A DNA stretch of 64,000 nt from an uncultured Verrucomicrobiae bacterium (GTDB lineage Bacteria; Verrucomicrobiota; Verrucomicrobiia; Limisphaerales; UBA11358), in contig CAWBKH010000005.1 of assembly GCA_963789335.1 (NCBI GenBank), positions 273,948 through 337,947 of the forward strand, read 5' to 3'. Numbering within the stretch: the first letter of the stretch is position 1; each line of letters opens with the position of its first letter. The translations under genes were made by a program, and so were the position numbers. Below the pieces are notes generated by a model. It ran no database searches. It was not told the DNA's origin and saw only the letters and a program-made list of their open reading frames with translations. This document shows, in pieces, positions 12,389 through 20,773 of this stretch.

Positions 12389-13753
12389 TCACGGATGAAA
12401 CACAGATGCCTTCTCGCCCAAAATCTTTTTCGCTTCTGCAATGTCAATTTTTGCTTTGTGACCGTGCTTTTCGAGAAGATGCAATAAATTTGCGCCGTTC
12501 AATAAAACCAACGGCTTTCCTTTTGCGAATTCATACGCATCCGGGCCGTAATCGGCTGTCGTGACAAGAATTCCTTTCATCGCGCCTTCGTTGAGAACTG
12601 TTCCATACAATTCCCGCACCGCCGCGACGCCGACGGTGTTTGTGTATCGCTTCGCTTGAATGACAGTTTTCCCGCCGTGAATCGGGTCAGGATCAAAAAT
12701 GACGGCATCCACGCCACCGTCTCGGCTCGCTTGTGTCACTTTTACTTCACTGCCGGGCTTGCTGAATTCCTTTTCAAAAAGTTCCCGGATCAAATGCTCG
12801 AAATCTTCCCAATCCATCGCCGCCAGATTGGTTCGCTCGTCCAGTTGCCCGGCCACCGCGTAGGAAGCGACAAATCTTTTATCCTCGCGATTGATTGTCA
12901 GCACCGGTGCAATCGGCGTGAGGCTGTGCAACGTTGAACTGCCAATGCCTTTCAACGCCTTGAAACACGCCTTCGGGTCAACTCTGGCGAGATTGATTTT
13001 TTGAAACTCTTCCTTCTCCACATGAACCGACATCACGCAGCCTTTGGTGTCTTTACCCGTTGCTTTGTCAACCGATTCAACCCATCCGTTGAAAACAACA
13101 GCGCTCAACGCATCGGCTTCATCCGTCACAAAAAGTTCGTAGAGGGTTCGCAGGCAAATTTGGTATAGAACGTCGTCGTAAATCTGGTTCAACTCGCGCT
13201 CCGATAAAAGCACTGCGACGGCCTCATTGCGTGACTTAATATATTTTACGTCTTTGACACGAGGCAGATCATCGGGTGTAGGCAGCAAGTAATCAACAAT
13301 TAGGATTTTTGTTTCAGGAACATATTCGAGATTCAGTTCTCTCCTTATGTTGTCTGGAAAATCTGAAAGGAGTAGCACTCGTTCGCAACGATACGCCACA
13401 GCACCAGGCAACAATGATTCAGCTTCTAATCTGGCAACTTCCTTTTTCTCATATTCTATACGGCTGGCATTCCACCTTTCAAGAGCGGCTACGTGTTCGT
13501 TTTGACGACTTATGTTTTCGGCCTCCGCTTGCTGATTTGCCTCAAACCACTTGGCAATTGTGTGCCCATCTTCAGTTTGAGGCCAAGGCGGACCATCAAC
13601 GATCTCTGGAGAAGCTGGTTGGGGCATTGGATATTCGGCAACAAGTTTTTTCCAATTTATTATTGGCCTTGAGTTCAGCGCAGAGCGAAGAATGTTTCTG
13701 ATTTTCTCCAGTTCAACATTCGCCTCGAACATTTTTTCCAGTTCCTCGTTCAT
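12389..13753 (-). CDS. Mrr-like restriction endonuclease with an uncharacterised ~300-aa N-terminal region
   Basis: The C-terminus shows the Mrr_cat pattern: WEDFEHLIRELFEK...DGGVDAV...VIQAKRY...VRELYG...GILVTT. The N-terminal half has no motif I recognise. GC is visibly lower than in the neighbours. ATG at 13751-13753. Confidence 0.8.
   Translation of the reverse strand: MNEELEKMFEANVELEKIRNILRSALNSRPIINWKKLVAEYPMPQPASPEIVDGPPWPQTEDGHTIAKWFEANQQAEAENISRQNEHVAALERWNASRIEYEKKEVARLEAESLLPGAVAYRCERVLLLSDFPDNIRRELNLEYVPETKILIVDYLLPTPDDLPRVKDVKYIKSRNEAVAVLLSERELNQIYDDVLYQICLRTLYELFVTDEADALSAVVFNGWVESVDKATGKDTKGCVMSVHVEKEEFQKINLARVDPKACFKALKGIGSSTLHSLTPIAPVLTINREDKRFVASYAVAGQLDERTNLAAMDWEDFEHLIRELFEKEFSKPGSEVKVTQASRDGGVDAVIFDPDPIHGGKTVIQAKRYTNTVGVAAVRELYGTVLNEGAMKGILVTTADYGPDAYEFAKGKPLVLLNGANLLHLLEKHGHKAKIDIAEAKKILGEKASVFHP
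12390..12407. repeat. REP-like 18-mer, left arm of the inverted pair flanking the Mrr-like gene
   Basis: cacggatgaaacacagat; its reverse complement occurs at 13784-13801 with 17/18 identity. Confidence 0.8.
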
Positions 13754-13783
13754 TCGCAAATCACAAATTAATTTTGAAATAAA

Positions 13784-13801
13784 ATCCGTGTTTCATCCGT
13801 G
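13784..13801. repeat. REP-like 18-mer, right arm of the inverted pair
   Basis: atccgtgtttcatccgtg is the reverse complement of cacggatgaaacacggat. Confidence 0.8.
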
Positions 13802-13802
13802 G

Positions 13803-14603
13803 CTAAATAGATTTCACCGCAGTGGCCAGCGCTTTCACAAATTTGTCGACGCGCTTGACCAACTCTTTTGATTTGCCGTTTTCGGCGATTTGGTTCACCA
13901 CCGCGCTGCCAACGACGACGGCGTCTGCGTATTGCGCCACAAGCCTCGCCTGTTCCGGCGTCGAGATGCCAAATCCAACGGCGATGGGCAATTTGGTGTG
14001 CGCGCGGATTTTGCCGACCTGTTGAGCGAGGTTGGACGCGACTTGCTGTTGCATTCCCGTCACACCTTCGCGCGAAATGTAATAAATGAAGCCCGTGCCG
14101 CGTTTGACGATAAACTCCATCCGCTCCTCCGGCGTCGTCGGCGCCACCAGATAAATATGGCACAAACCAGCCTTGCGCATGAGCGCCTCGTAATTGTCCG
14201 ATTCCTCCGGCGGCAAATCGAGCACCAGCAAACCGTCCACCCCCGCTTTTGCCGCGTCTTTGATGAATTGCTCCAGGCCCACGCGATGGATGAGGTTAAA
14301 GTAAATGTAGAGAATAATCGGAATTTCCGAGTGCCGGCGGATGGCGGCGACGGTTTCCAAAACTTTCGGCGGCGTGGTGCCGGATTCCAGCCCGCGCTGC
14401 GCGGCAAGCTGGTTCACCAAACCATCGGCGAGCGGGTCGCTGAACGGCACGCCCAGTTCCAAAATATCCACGCTCACTTTGTCAAATGCGAGCGCGAGCT
14501 TGCGCGTGGCCTCCAGATTGGGATCGCCCGCGCCGATATAAACGATGAAACCTTTTTTGCCCACACGCTTGAGCCGCGCGAAGCATTCCGCGATACGATT
14601 CAT
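13803..14603 (-). CDS. trpA: Tryptophan synthase alpha chain
   Basis: MNRIAECF...YIGAGDP...ELGVPFSDPLADG...GFGIS. TAG stop. Confidence 0.93.
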   Translation of the reverse strand: MNRIAECFARLKRVGKKGFIVYIGAGDPNLEATRKLALAFDKVSVDILELGVPFSDPLADGLVNQLAAQRGLESGTTPPKVLETVAAIRRHSEIPIILYIYFNLIHRVGLEQFIKDAAKAGVDGLLVLDLPPEESDNYEALMRKAGLCHIYLVAPTTPEERMEFIVKRGTGFIYYISREGVTGMQQQVASNLAQQVGKIRAHTKLPIAVGFGISTPEQARLVAQYADAVVVGSAVVNQIAENGKSKELVKRVDKFVKALATAVKSI

Positions 14604-14610
14604 TGCGCAG

Positions 14611-14652
14611 AGTTTCAAGTTTCAGGTTTCAAGTTTCAAGCGGCAAGTTTTA
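14611..14652. repeat. Heptamer tandem array (AGTTTCA x6, degenerate) in the trpA leader
   Basis: agtttca agtttca ggtttca agtttca agcggca agtttta. It ends 7 nt from the trpA ATG on the minus strand. Confidence 0.85.
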
Positions 14653-14885
14653 GAAGAGACCGCGTCTGTCCTCATCTATTAGCGTAGCGGCGGCTGGATT
14701 GTTTCTTCTCCCGGTGCCTCTGGACTAATCGGCATGTGCTGAACCATTCGCATGATCGTCCGGCGCTTGAGGCCGGCACCGGTTTCGGACGCCGTCCACA
14801 TGTGTCTGAGGCTCGTTTGGTTACCAGAAGGCGGTTGCTCTGGCGGCGGGGCATCACAACTGACTGACGTCGTGTCTCGTCGCCA

Positions 14886-17282
14886 TTGGGCTTTACCCCC
14901 TGCATGAGCCGGTATATCCTAGGATTGTTTGCAAAGATGAAAACGCAGCAAATTCGGTCTCGAACCGACAGAATCCACTGGAAAAGCCACGTCATCTTTG
15001 GCCTGATTTGCGCCCTGGTAATTGCAATATTCGCGCGGAGCGCTGAATCGGGCTTTCTGGAGTTGGAAAATTCACGTGCGAAGGATGCGTATTATAATCT
15101 GCTAGTGCAGGGTTTTCGCGCGGGCCAGCTCAACGTGAAAAGAGAAGCACCGCCCGGATTGGCGCAACTCGCCGACCCTTATGATCCCGCTGCTAATAGT
15201 TCATACAGATGGGAAAAACGGCATGAAACTGTGGACTTGAGTTATTACAAAGGGAAGTTGTACCTGTATTTTGGAGTGACGCCCGCTTTGGTGCTTTTCT
15301 GGCCGTATGTGATCCTGACCGGCCACTATCTCCCGCATAAGGATGCGGTCGTGATTTTTTGTGCGTTGGGTTTCTTGGCGGGTGCGGGTTTATCGCGTGC
15401 GCTCTGGCGGCGTTACTTCCCCAAAGCGAGTATCTGGATGCTTGCGCTCGGTGTCCTTGCACTAGGTTTGGCTACAGGCGTGCTGGAACTTTTAGCGCGA
15501 TGTGATGTTTGGGAAGTTGCGATGAGTTGTGGGTTCGCGTTCGTCATGCTGACCCTCGGGGCGATCTGGTATGCCTTGCATGAGCCCAAGCGGCAAGTGA
15601 TGTGGCTGGCGTTGGCCAGTCTGGCTTATGGATTGGCGATTGGGGCGAGGCCATCGTTGTTGTTTGGCGGGATAATCCTTTTGATACCAGTGGCCCAGGC
15701 GTGGGGTTCGGCGACCGAACCCGGTTCACTTCGGCGGGTGGGATTGTTGCTGGTGGCGGCGGTTGGTCCGATAGTGCTTATTGGATTGGGGCTGATGCTT
15801 TACAATGTCCTGCGCTTCGACAATCCATTCGAATTTGGCTGGCACTATCAATTGGCAACCGACCGGCAGGTTGGTACCTAGGAATTCAGCCTGCATTACC
15901 TCTGGTTTAACTTCTGGTTCTATTTTTTTGAACCCATGCGATGGGGTGGTCATTTTCCGTTTTTACAGACTGTCCCGCTGCCGCCTTTGCCATTGGGTTA
16001 CTGGGGGCTGGCAGAACCTTACAGTGGAATACTGAGCGATTATCCGTTGGTGTGGCTGGCACTGGCCGTGCCGTTGATATGGAGGGGCCGGCCGGCGGCA
16101 GAGGTCTCCGTCTTACGCTGGTTTGCGGCGGCGGTATTTTTGCTTTTTGCAACTTGTGCGTTTACGCTCTGCATTTTTTTCTCAGCCGGCAGCCGCTATG
16201 AGTTGGATTTTCTGCCGGCGCTGATGCTGTTGGCCGTGATGGGCATTTTTGGTTTGGAGCGGACGCTGGCAAATTGACCGGTCTGGCGGCGTATCGTCCG
16301 TGGGGGTTGGTGCCTGCTGCTGGCATATACGGTTGCATTTAACCTGTTAGCGAGCGCTGAAGCCCATGCGTCGGCCAACTGTGCTACGGGCGATTCTCTT
16401 GTCAATCAGGGACAGGTGGACGAGGCGTTTGAACATTTTCAAGTGGCCCTGGCACTTTGGCCTGGATGTGCGAACGCTCACGAAGGTCTCGGCGACGTTT
16501 TTAGAAAAAAGGGGCGATTGAATGAGGCAATTGTAGAGTATCAAAAAACTGTGGCAATCGCGCCGGACTTCGTAGAGGCTCACAACAATCTTGGTCTTTG
16601 TCTTCTTCAGACAGGGCGGGTGAACGCGGCAATTCCTCAGCTCCAGAGGGCTTTGGAACTCAAATCGGACTATGTAGAAGCCCAAAACAATCTTGGTCTT
16701 TGTCTTCTCCAGATGGGGCGGGTGAACGCGGCAATTCCTCAGTTCCAAAGGGCCTTGGAAATCAAACCGGACTATTTTGAAGCCCACGGCAATCTTGGTT
16801 TTTGTCTTCTCCGGATAGGGCGGGTGGACGAGGCAATTGCTCAGTTCCAAAGATCTCTGGAAATTCAGCAAAATTACTCAACGTATTACGACCTAGGCCG
16901 AGCTTTTTGCCTAAAAAGGATGCCAAACGAAGCGATAGCCTCTTATCAAAGAGCCATTGAACTCCAACCCCGATTTTTACCTGCAAAAGTAAGCCTTGCT
17001 TGGGTGCTGGCGACTTGGCCGGAGCCGTCGGTTCGCGATGGAAAAAAGGCCATCGCCTTGGCCGAGCAGGCCAATCAGCTTTCCGAGGATAAAAACCCGG
17101 TGATTCTTCGTACTCTGGCTGCGGCTTATGCAGAAGTGGGCCGGTTTCCTGAAGCGGTATCGACAGCACAGCGGGCGTTGGCATCGGCGGTAGCTCAATC
17201 CAACACGGTGTTGATAAATGTATTGCAGAAGGAAATTAAACTTTACCAAGCTAATTCTCCCTGCCGATCCGTGAACGAATAA
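14886..17282 (+). pseudogene. Polytopic GT-C-like membrane domain fused to a TPR array; one frame interrupted only by TAG (15879-15881) and TGA (16275-16277)
   Basis: Track ORFs 14886-15881, 15936-16277 and 16416-17282 are all in the same frame. The stretches between them contain no other stop and look protein-like (TM helices, then TPR). Confidence 0.7.
16575..16880 (+). repeat. Three 102-bp tandem units encoding TPR repeats
   Basis: Units start at 16575, 16677 and 16779 with high DNA identity (AHNNLGLCLLQTGRVNAAIPQLQRALEL...). Confidence 0.85.
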
Positions 17283-17326
17283 AATAAGGTTCAAGACTAG
17301 TTAAGCAGGTTGTTTTTTAACTCATT

Positions 17327-17416
17327 TTACAGCAACCGATACAGGCTATCACGACGATGGTTGAAACGAAACTCGCATTCTTTGAGGTGCAGGCGGAGCG
17401 TGGCGCGGAACAGTTT
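17327..17416 (-). pseudogene. IS1595-family transposase C-terminal remnant (about 29 codons plus stop)
   Basis: The minus strand reads [29 protein letters not shown]. The [12 protein letters not shown] tail is characteristic of ISXO2-like transposases as I recall it. Confidence 0.55.
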
Positions 17417-17478
17417 TAATTTCAAACGCGCAAGCGGGATTTGACCAAACGCCCTTGCTTTCGCATCATCTCGACATG

Positions 17479-18555
17479 GCCAGCACCTTCGGGCAATTGT
17501 TCCGCATCACGACGTGGGGCGAATCCCACGGCGGTGGCGTGGGTGTGGTCGTGGATGGCTGCCCGCCGCGCCTCAAGCTTTCCGAAGCGGACATCCAGCC
17601 CGATTTGGACCGGCGCCGGCCCGGCCAATCCAAAATCGTCTCGCCGCGCAAGGAATCCGACACGGTGCAAATCCTTTCCGGCACATTCGACGGCAAAACC
17701 CTTGGCACGCCGATCTGCCTCTGGGTCAAAAACGAGGACGCCCGGCCCCATGCCTACCTGGAAATGAAAACGAAGTTCCGCCCGTCGCACGCGGACTTCA
17801 CCTACTTTGCCAAATACGGCATCCGCAACTGGCAGGGCGGCGGCCGCGCGAGCGCCCGCGAAACCGTCGGCCGCGTCGCCGCCGGCGCGATTGCAAAAAA
17901 AATTCTGCGCGCGCGGTTCGGCGTGGAAACGCTGGCCTATGTCAAACAAGTCCAGAAAATTATCGCGGACGTGAATCCGGACAAGGTGAAATTCAAGGAC
18001 GTGGAATCAAACATTGTCCGTTGTCCCGACCGAAAGACGGCGGAGAAAATGATCCAGCTCGTCGAGAAGATGCGGAAGGCCGGCGACACTGTCGGCGGCG
18101 TGGTTGAAGGGATCGCGCGCGGTGTGCCCGCCGGCTGGGGCGAACCGGTGTTTGACAAACTCGAAGCGGACTTGGCCAAGGCAATGCTGAGCCTGCCCGC
18201 GTCCAAGGCGTTTGAAATTGGCTCGGGTTTCGGCGGCATCCTGCTCACTGGACGGCAGCACAACGATCCGTTCCGCGCCAAAAAAGGGAAGGTGTTCACA
18301 ACCACGAATTTTTCCGGCGGCATTCAAGGCGGCATTTCCAACGGCCAGACGATTTTCTTCCGCGTCGCCTTCAAACCCGTCGCCACCGTCATGCACCCGC
18401 AAGACACGGTGGATGTGGAATTTCACAACACGACCCTCAAGGGCCGCGGCCGGCACGACCCGTGTGTGTTGCCACGCGCCGTGCCGATGGTCGAGGCGAT
18501 GACGGCGCTGGTGCTCGTAGATCATGCCCTCCGGCACCGGGCGCAATGCGGTTGA
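17479..18555 (+). CDS. aroC: Chorismate synthase
   Basis: [30 protein letters not shown]; full-length family pattern. Confidence 0.93.
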   Translation, partial: ASTFGQLFRITTWGESHGGGVGVVVDGCPPRLKLSEADIQPDLDRRRPGQSKIVSPRKESDTVQILSGTFDGKTLGTPICLWVKNEDARPHAYLEMKTKFRPSHADFTYFAKYGIRNWQGGGRASARETVGRVAAGAIAKKILRARFGVETLAYVKQVQKIIADVNPDKVKFKDVESNIVRCPDRKTAEKMIQLVEKMRKAGDTVGGVVEGIARGVPAGWGEPVFDKLEADLAKAMLSLPASKAFEIGSGFGGILLTGRQHNDPFRAKKGKVFTTTNFSGGIQGGISNGQTIFFRVAFKPVATVMHPQDTVDVEFHNTTLKGRGRHDPCVLPRAVPMVEAMTALVLVDHALRHRAQCG

Positions 18556-18584
18556 AATCGCGAAGGCTTCGGGATTGATTTTTT
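18556..18584 (+). terminator. Hairpin plus T-run after aroC
   Basis: aatcgcgaagGcttcgggatt followed by gatttttt. Confidence 0.4.
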
Positions 18585-18623
18585 AACCGGCAGAAGCAAT
18601 CTTAACCCAAAATCGCAAATCAC

Positions 18624-20021
18624 ATGGCAGAAAAAGACATCAGCCAAATTTCGCGGGACGCGCGGGTCTTGTTCAACAAGGCCAACGAAGCCGCCCAGCG
18701 GGACAACCTCGATTACGCCATCGCGCTCTACAATCAGGTGCTCGAGAAGGAGCCGGGATTTTTTGAGTGCCGCAAGACCCTGCGCGAACTGCAATTCCGG
18801 AAGGCCGGCGGCGGCGGCGGTTTCCTGAAAAAAATGTGGGGCAGCGCGAGTTCCTCGCCCCAGGTGGCCAAGGCCAAGATGGCCATGGGCAAAAATCCCG
18901 CGGAGGCCCTCGCCATTGCGGAACAAATCCTGAACAGCGACCCCAACAGCTCCGCCGCGCACCGGCTCGTTGTGGACGCGGCCCAGGCCCTGGAGCTGCC
19001 GCAAACCGCCGTCATGTCGCTCGACACCCTGGTGAAGAATTCGCCCAAGGACAAATATCTGGCGATTGAATTCGCCCATTCGGTGGGCACGGCTGGTGGC
19101 GATACCAGCCCGGCGGAAAAGATCCTCACCGAACTCTTGCGCCATTCACCAAACGACGGCGAGTTGAGCCAGGCGCTCAAGGATCTGTCCGCGCGCAAAA
19201 CGCTGGATCAGGGCGGCTACAATGCGCTCGAAGGCGGCAAAGGTTCCTACCGCGACATCCTGAAGGACAAAAAGGAAGCCGTCTCGCTGGAACAGGAAAA
19301 ACGCGTCGTGAAGACCGAGGATACCACCGAACGGCTCATCGGCGAATACGAAGCGCGCCTGCAAACCGAGCCGGCCAACCTCAAGCTCATCCGTTCCCTC
19401 GCGGAGCTTTACACGCAAAAAAATCAATTCGACCGTGCCCTGAAACTTTTTGACCGCGTCAAGAATTCCGAGATGGGCAACGACCCCTCACTCGAACGCT
19501 CGATGGCCAACACCATCGTGCGCCGGTTCGATTTTCAACTGGAGCAACTTGATCCTGCCGCGCCTGATTACGCGGAGCAGGCGGCCAAAATTCAGGCTGA
19601 GAAATTGAACTTTCAGCTCACCGAATGCCAGCAACGCGTGGAAAAGTATCCAACGGACCTGGTGATCCGGTTTGAGATGGGCCAGTTGTATTTTCAGGCG
19701 GGCAAGATCACCGAGGCGATTCTGGAATTTCAGAAGGCGCAGGGCAATCCGCACAAGCGCCTTGCGGCGATGGGTTATCTTGCACAATGCTATGCCAAGC
19801 GCAAGATGTACGATATGGCGGCGCGGCAACTGCAAAACGCCATCAAGGAGAAACCCGTGTTTGACGACGAAAAGAAAGACCTCGTTTACAACCTCGGCTG
19901 CGTGCTTGAAAGCATGGGCAAGAAACCGGAAGCCGTCGAACAGTTTAAGCTCATCTACGAAATGGACATCGGCTACAAGGACGTCGCCGCCAAAGTGGAC
20001 GCGTTTTACGCGGGACAGTGA
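18624..20021 (+). CDS. TPR-repeat protein
   Basis: 465 aa, helical repeat pattern throughout (LDYAIALYNQVLEKEP..., AILEFQKAQGNP...). Confidence 0.75.
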   Translation: MAEKDISQISRDARVLFNKANEAAQRDNLDYAIALYNQVLEKEPGFFECRKTLRELQFRKAGGGGGFLKKMWGSASSSPQVAKAKMAMGKNPAEALAIAEQILNSDPNSSAAHRLVVDAAQALELPQTAVMSLDTLVKNSPKDKYLAIEFAHSVGTAGGDTSPAEKILTELLRHSPNDGELSQALKDLSARKTLDQGGYNALEGGKGSYRDILKDKKEAVSLEQEKRVVKTEDTTERLIGEYEARLQTEPANLKLIRSLAELYTQKNQFDRALKLFDRVKNSEMGNDPSLERSMANTIVRRFDFQLEQLDPAAPDYAEQAAKIQAEKLNFQLTECQQRVEKYPTDLVIRFEMGQLYFQAGKITEAILEFQKAQGNPHKRLAAMGYLAQCYAKRKMYDMAARQLQNAIKEKPVFDDEKKDLVYNLGCVLESMGKKPEAVEQFKLIYEMDIGYKDVAAKVDAFYAGQ

Positions 20022-20278
20022 GTGTTTGGACCCGAGGCCATTCTCCGAAGTGCTTGCACTGTTCTTTTCTTGGATTGTTATTTCAGTTTAGAAAGAGTCA
20101 GAAATGGCTGGTTAAGGGGTTGGCCGGTTCGATATCAGCACAAGCCTTGGACGAAACCATTGCTTACCATCTTCGGCTGACGTCACCGTTCCGGCCTTGC
20201 GCCAAAAAATCATTTAGTGAGGCTGCTACGAGTCTGAACCTTCGACCTCGTACTGTCACCAAAGGGATGGCGGCTGGG

Positions 20279-20410
20279 GTGCATCTTGACACTGTCCTTG
20301 TTTGAAGTTCCGCCTTCAGGCGGTTCGGGCGAAATCCCGCAATTTGCCGCGTAAACGCGGAACTCCAAACCTTGGCAACCCCTTCATTAAGGACAGTGTC
20401 AAGATGCACC
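20279..20410. repeat. Nested palindromic MITE/REP-like element
   Basis: Perfect 21-bp inverted repeat: gtgcatcttgacactgtcctt at 20279-20299 and its complement at 20390-20410. It encloses an inner 13/14 inverted repeat (gtttgaagttccgc / gcggaactccaaac) and small GC hairpins (ccgccTTCAggcgg, ccgcgTAAAcgcgg). Confidence 0.8.
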
Positions 20411-20773
20411 TTGGCGGCTGCTGGTGTGTAAATATTTCTTGCCTAGTTGCGCGATTGGTGATATTTTTCACTACATTAAGCCGGATGCAGTTGCGCTTCT
20501 AACTCGATTCCCGACGGATTCGGTGAACGGCGATAGAACTCCAAGGTTGATGAGGATGGCACTGGTTGTGGGTGGCTTGAGTGTTTGAGCGTTTGGATTG
20601 ATAAGCGGGAAACCCTTCCCCGTTGAGACGGGTTGGCGGGTAACGTCACGCTGCGTTGGTACGTATTTCAAATAGATCAGTTATGTCATGCTATTAATTG
20701 CCAGGTTTTCAGTGTGCATGCCCGGATTGAATTTACATCTGCAACACAATTAGTTTGTATCGCTAAATAAAAT

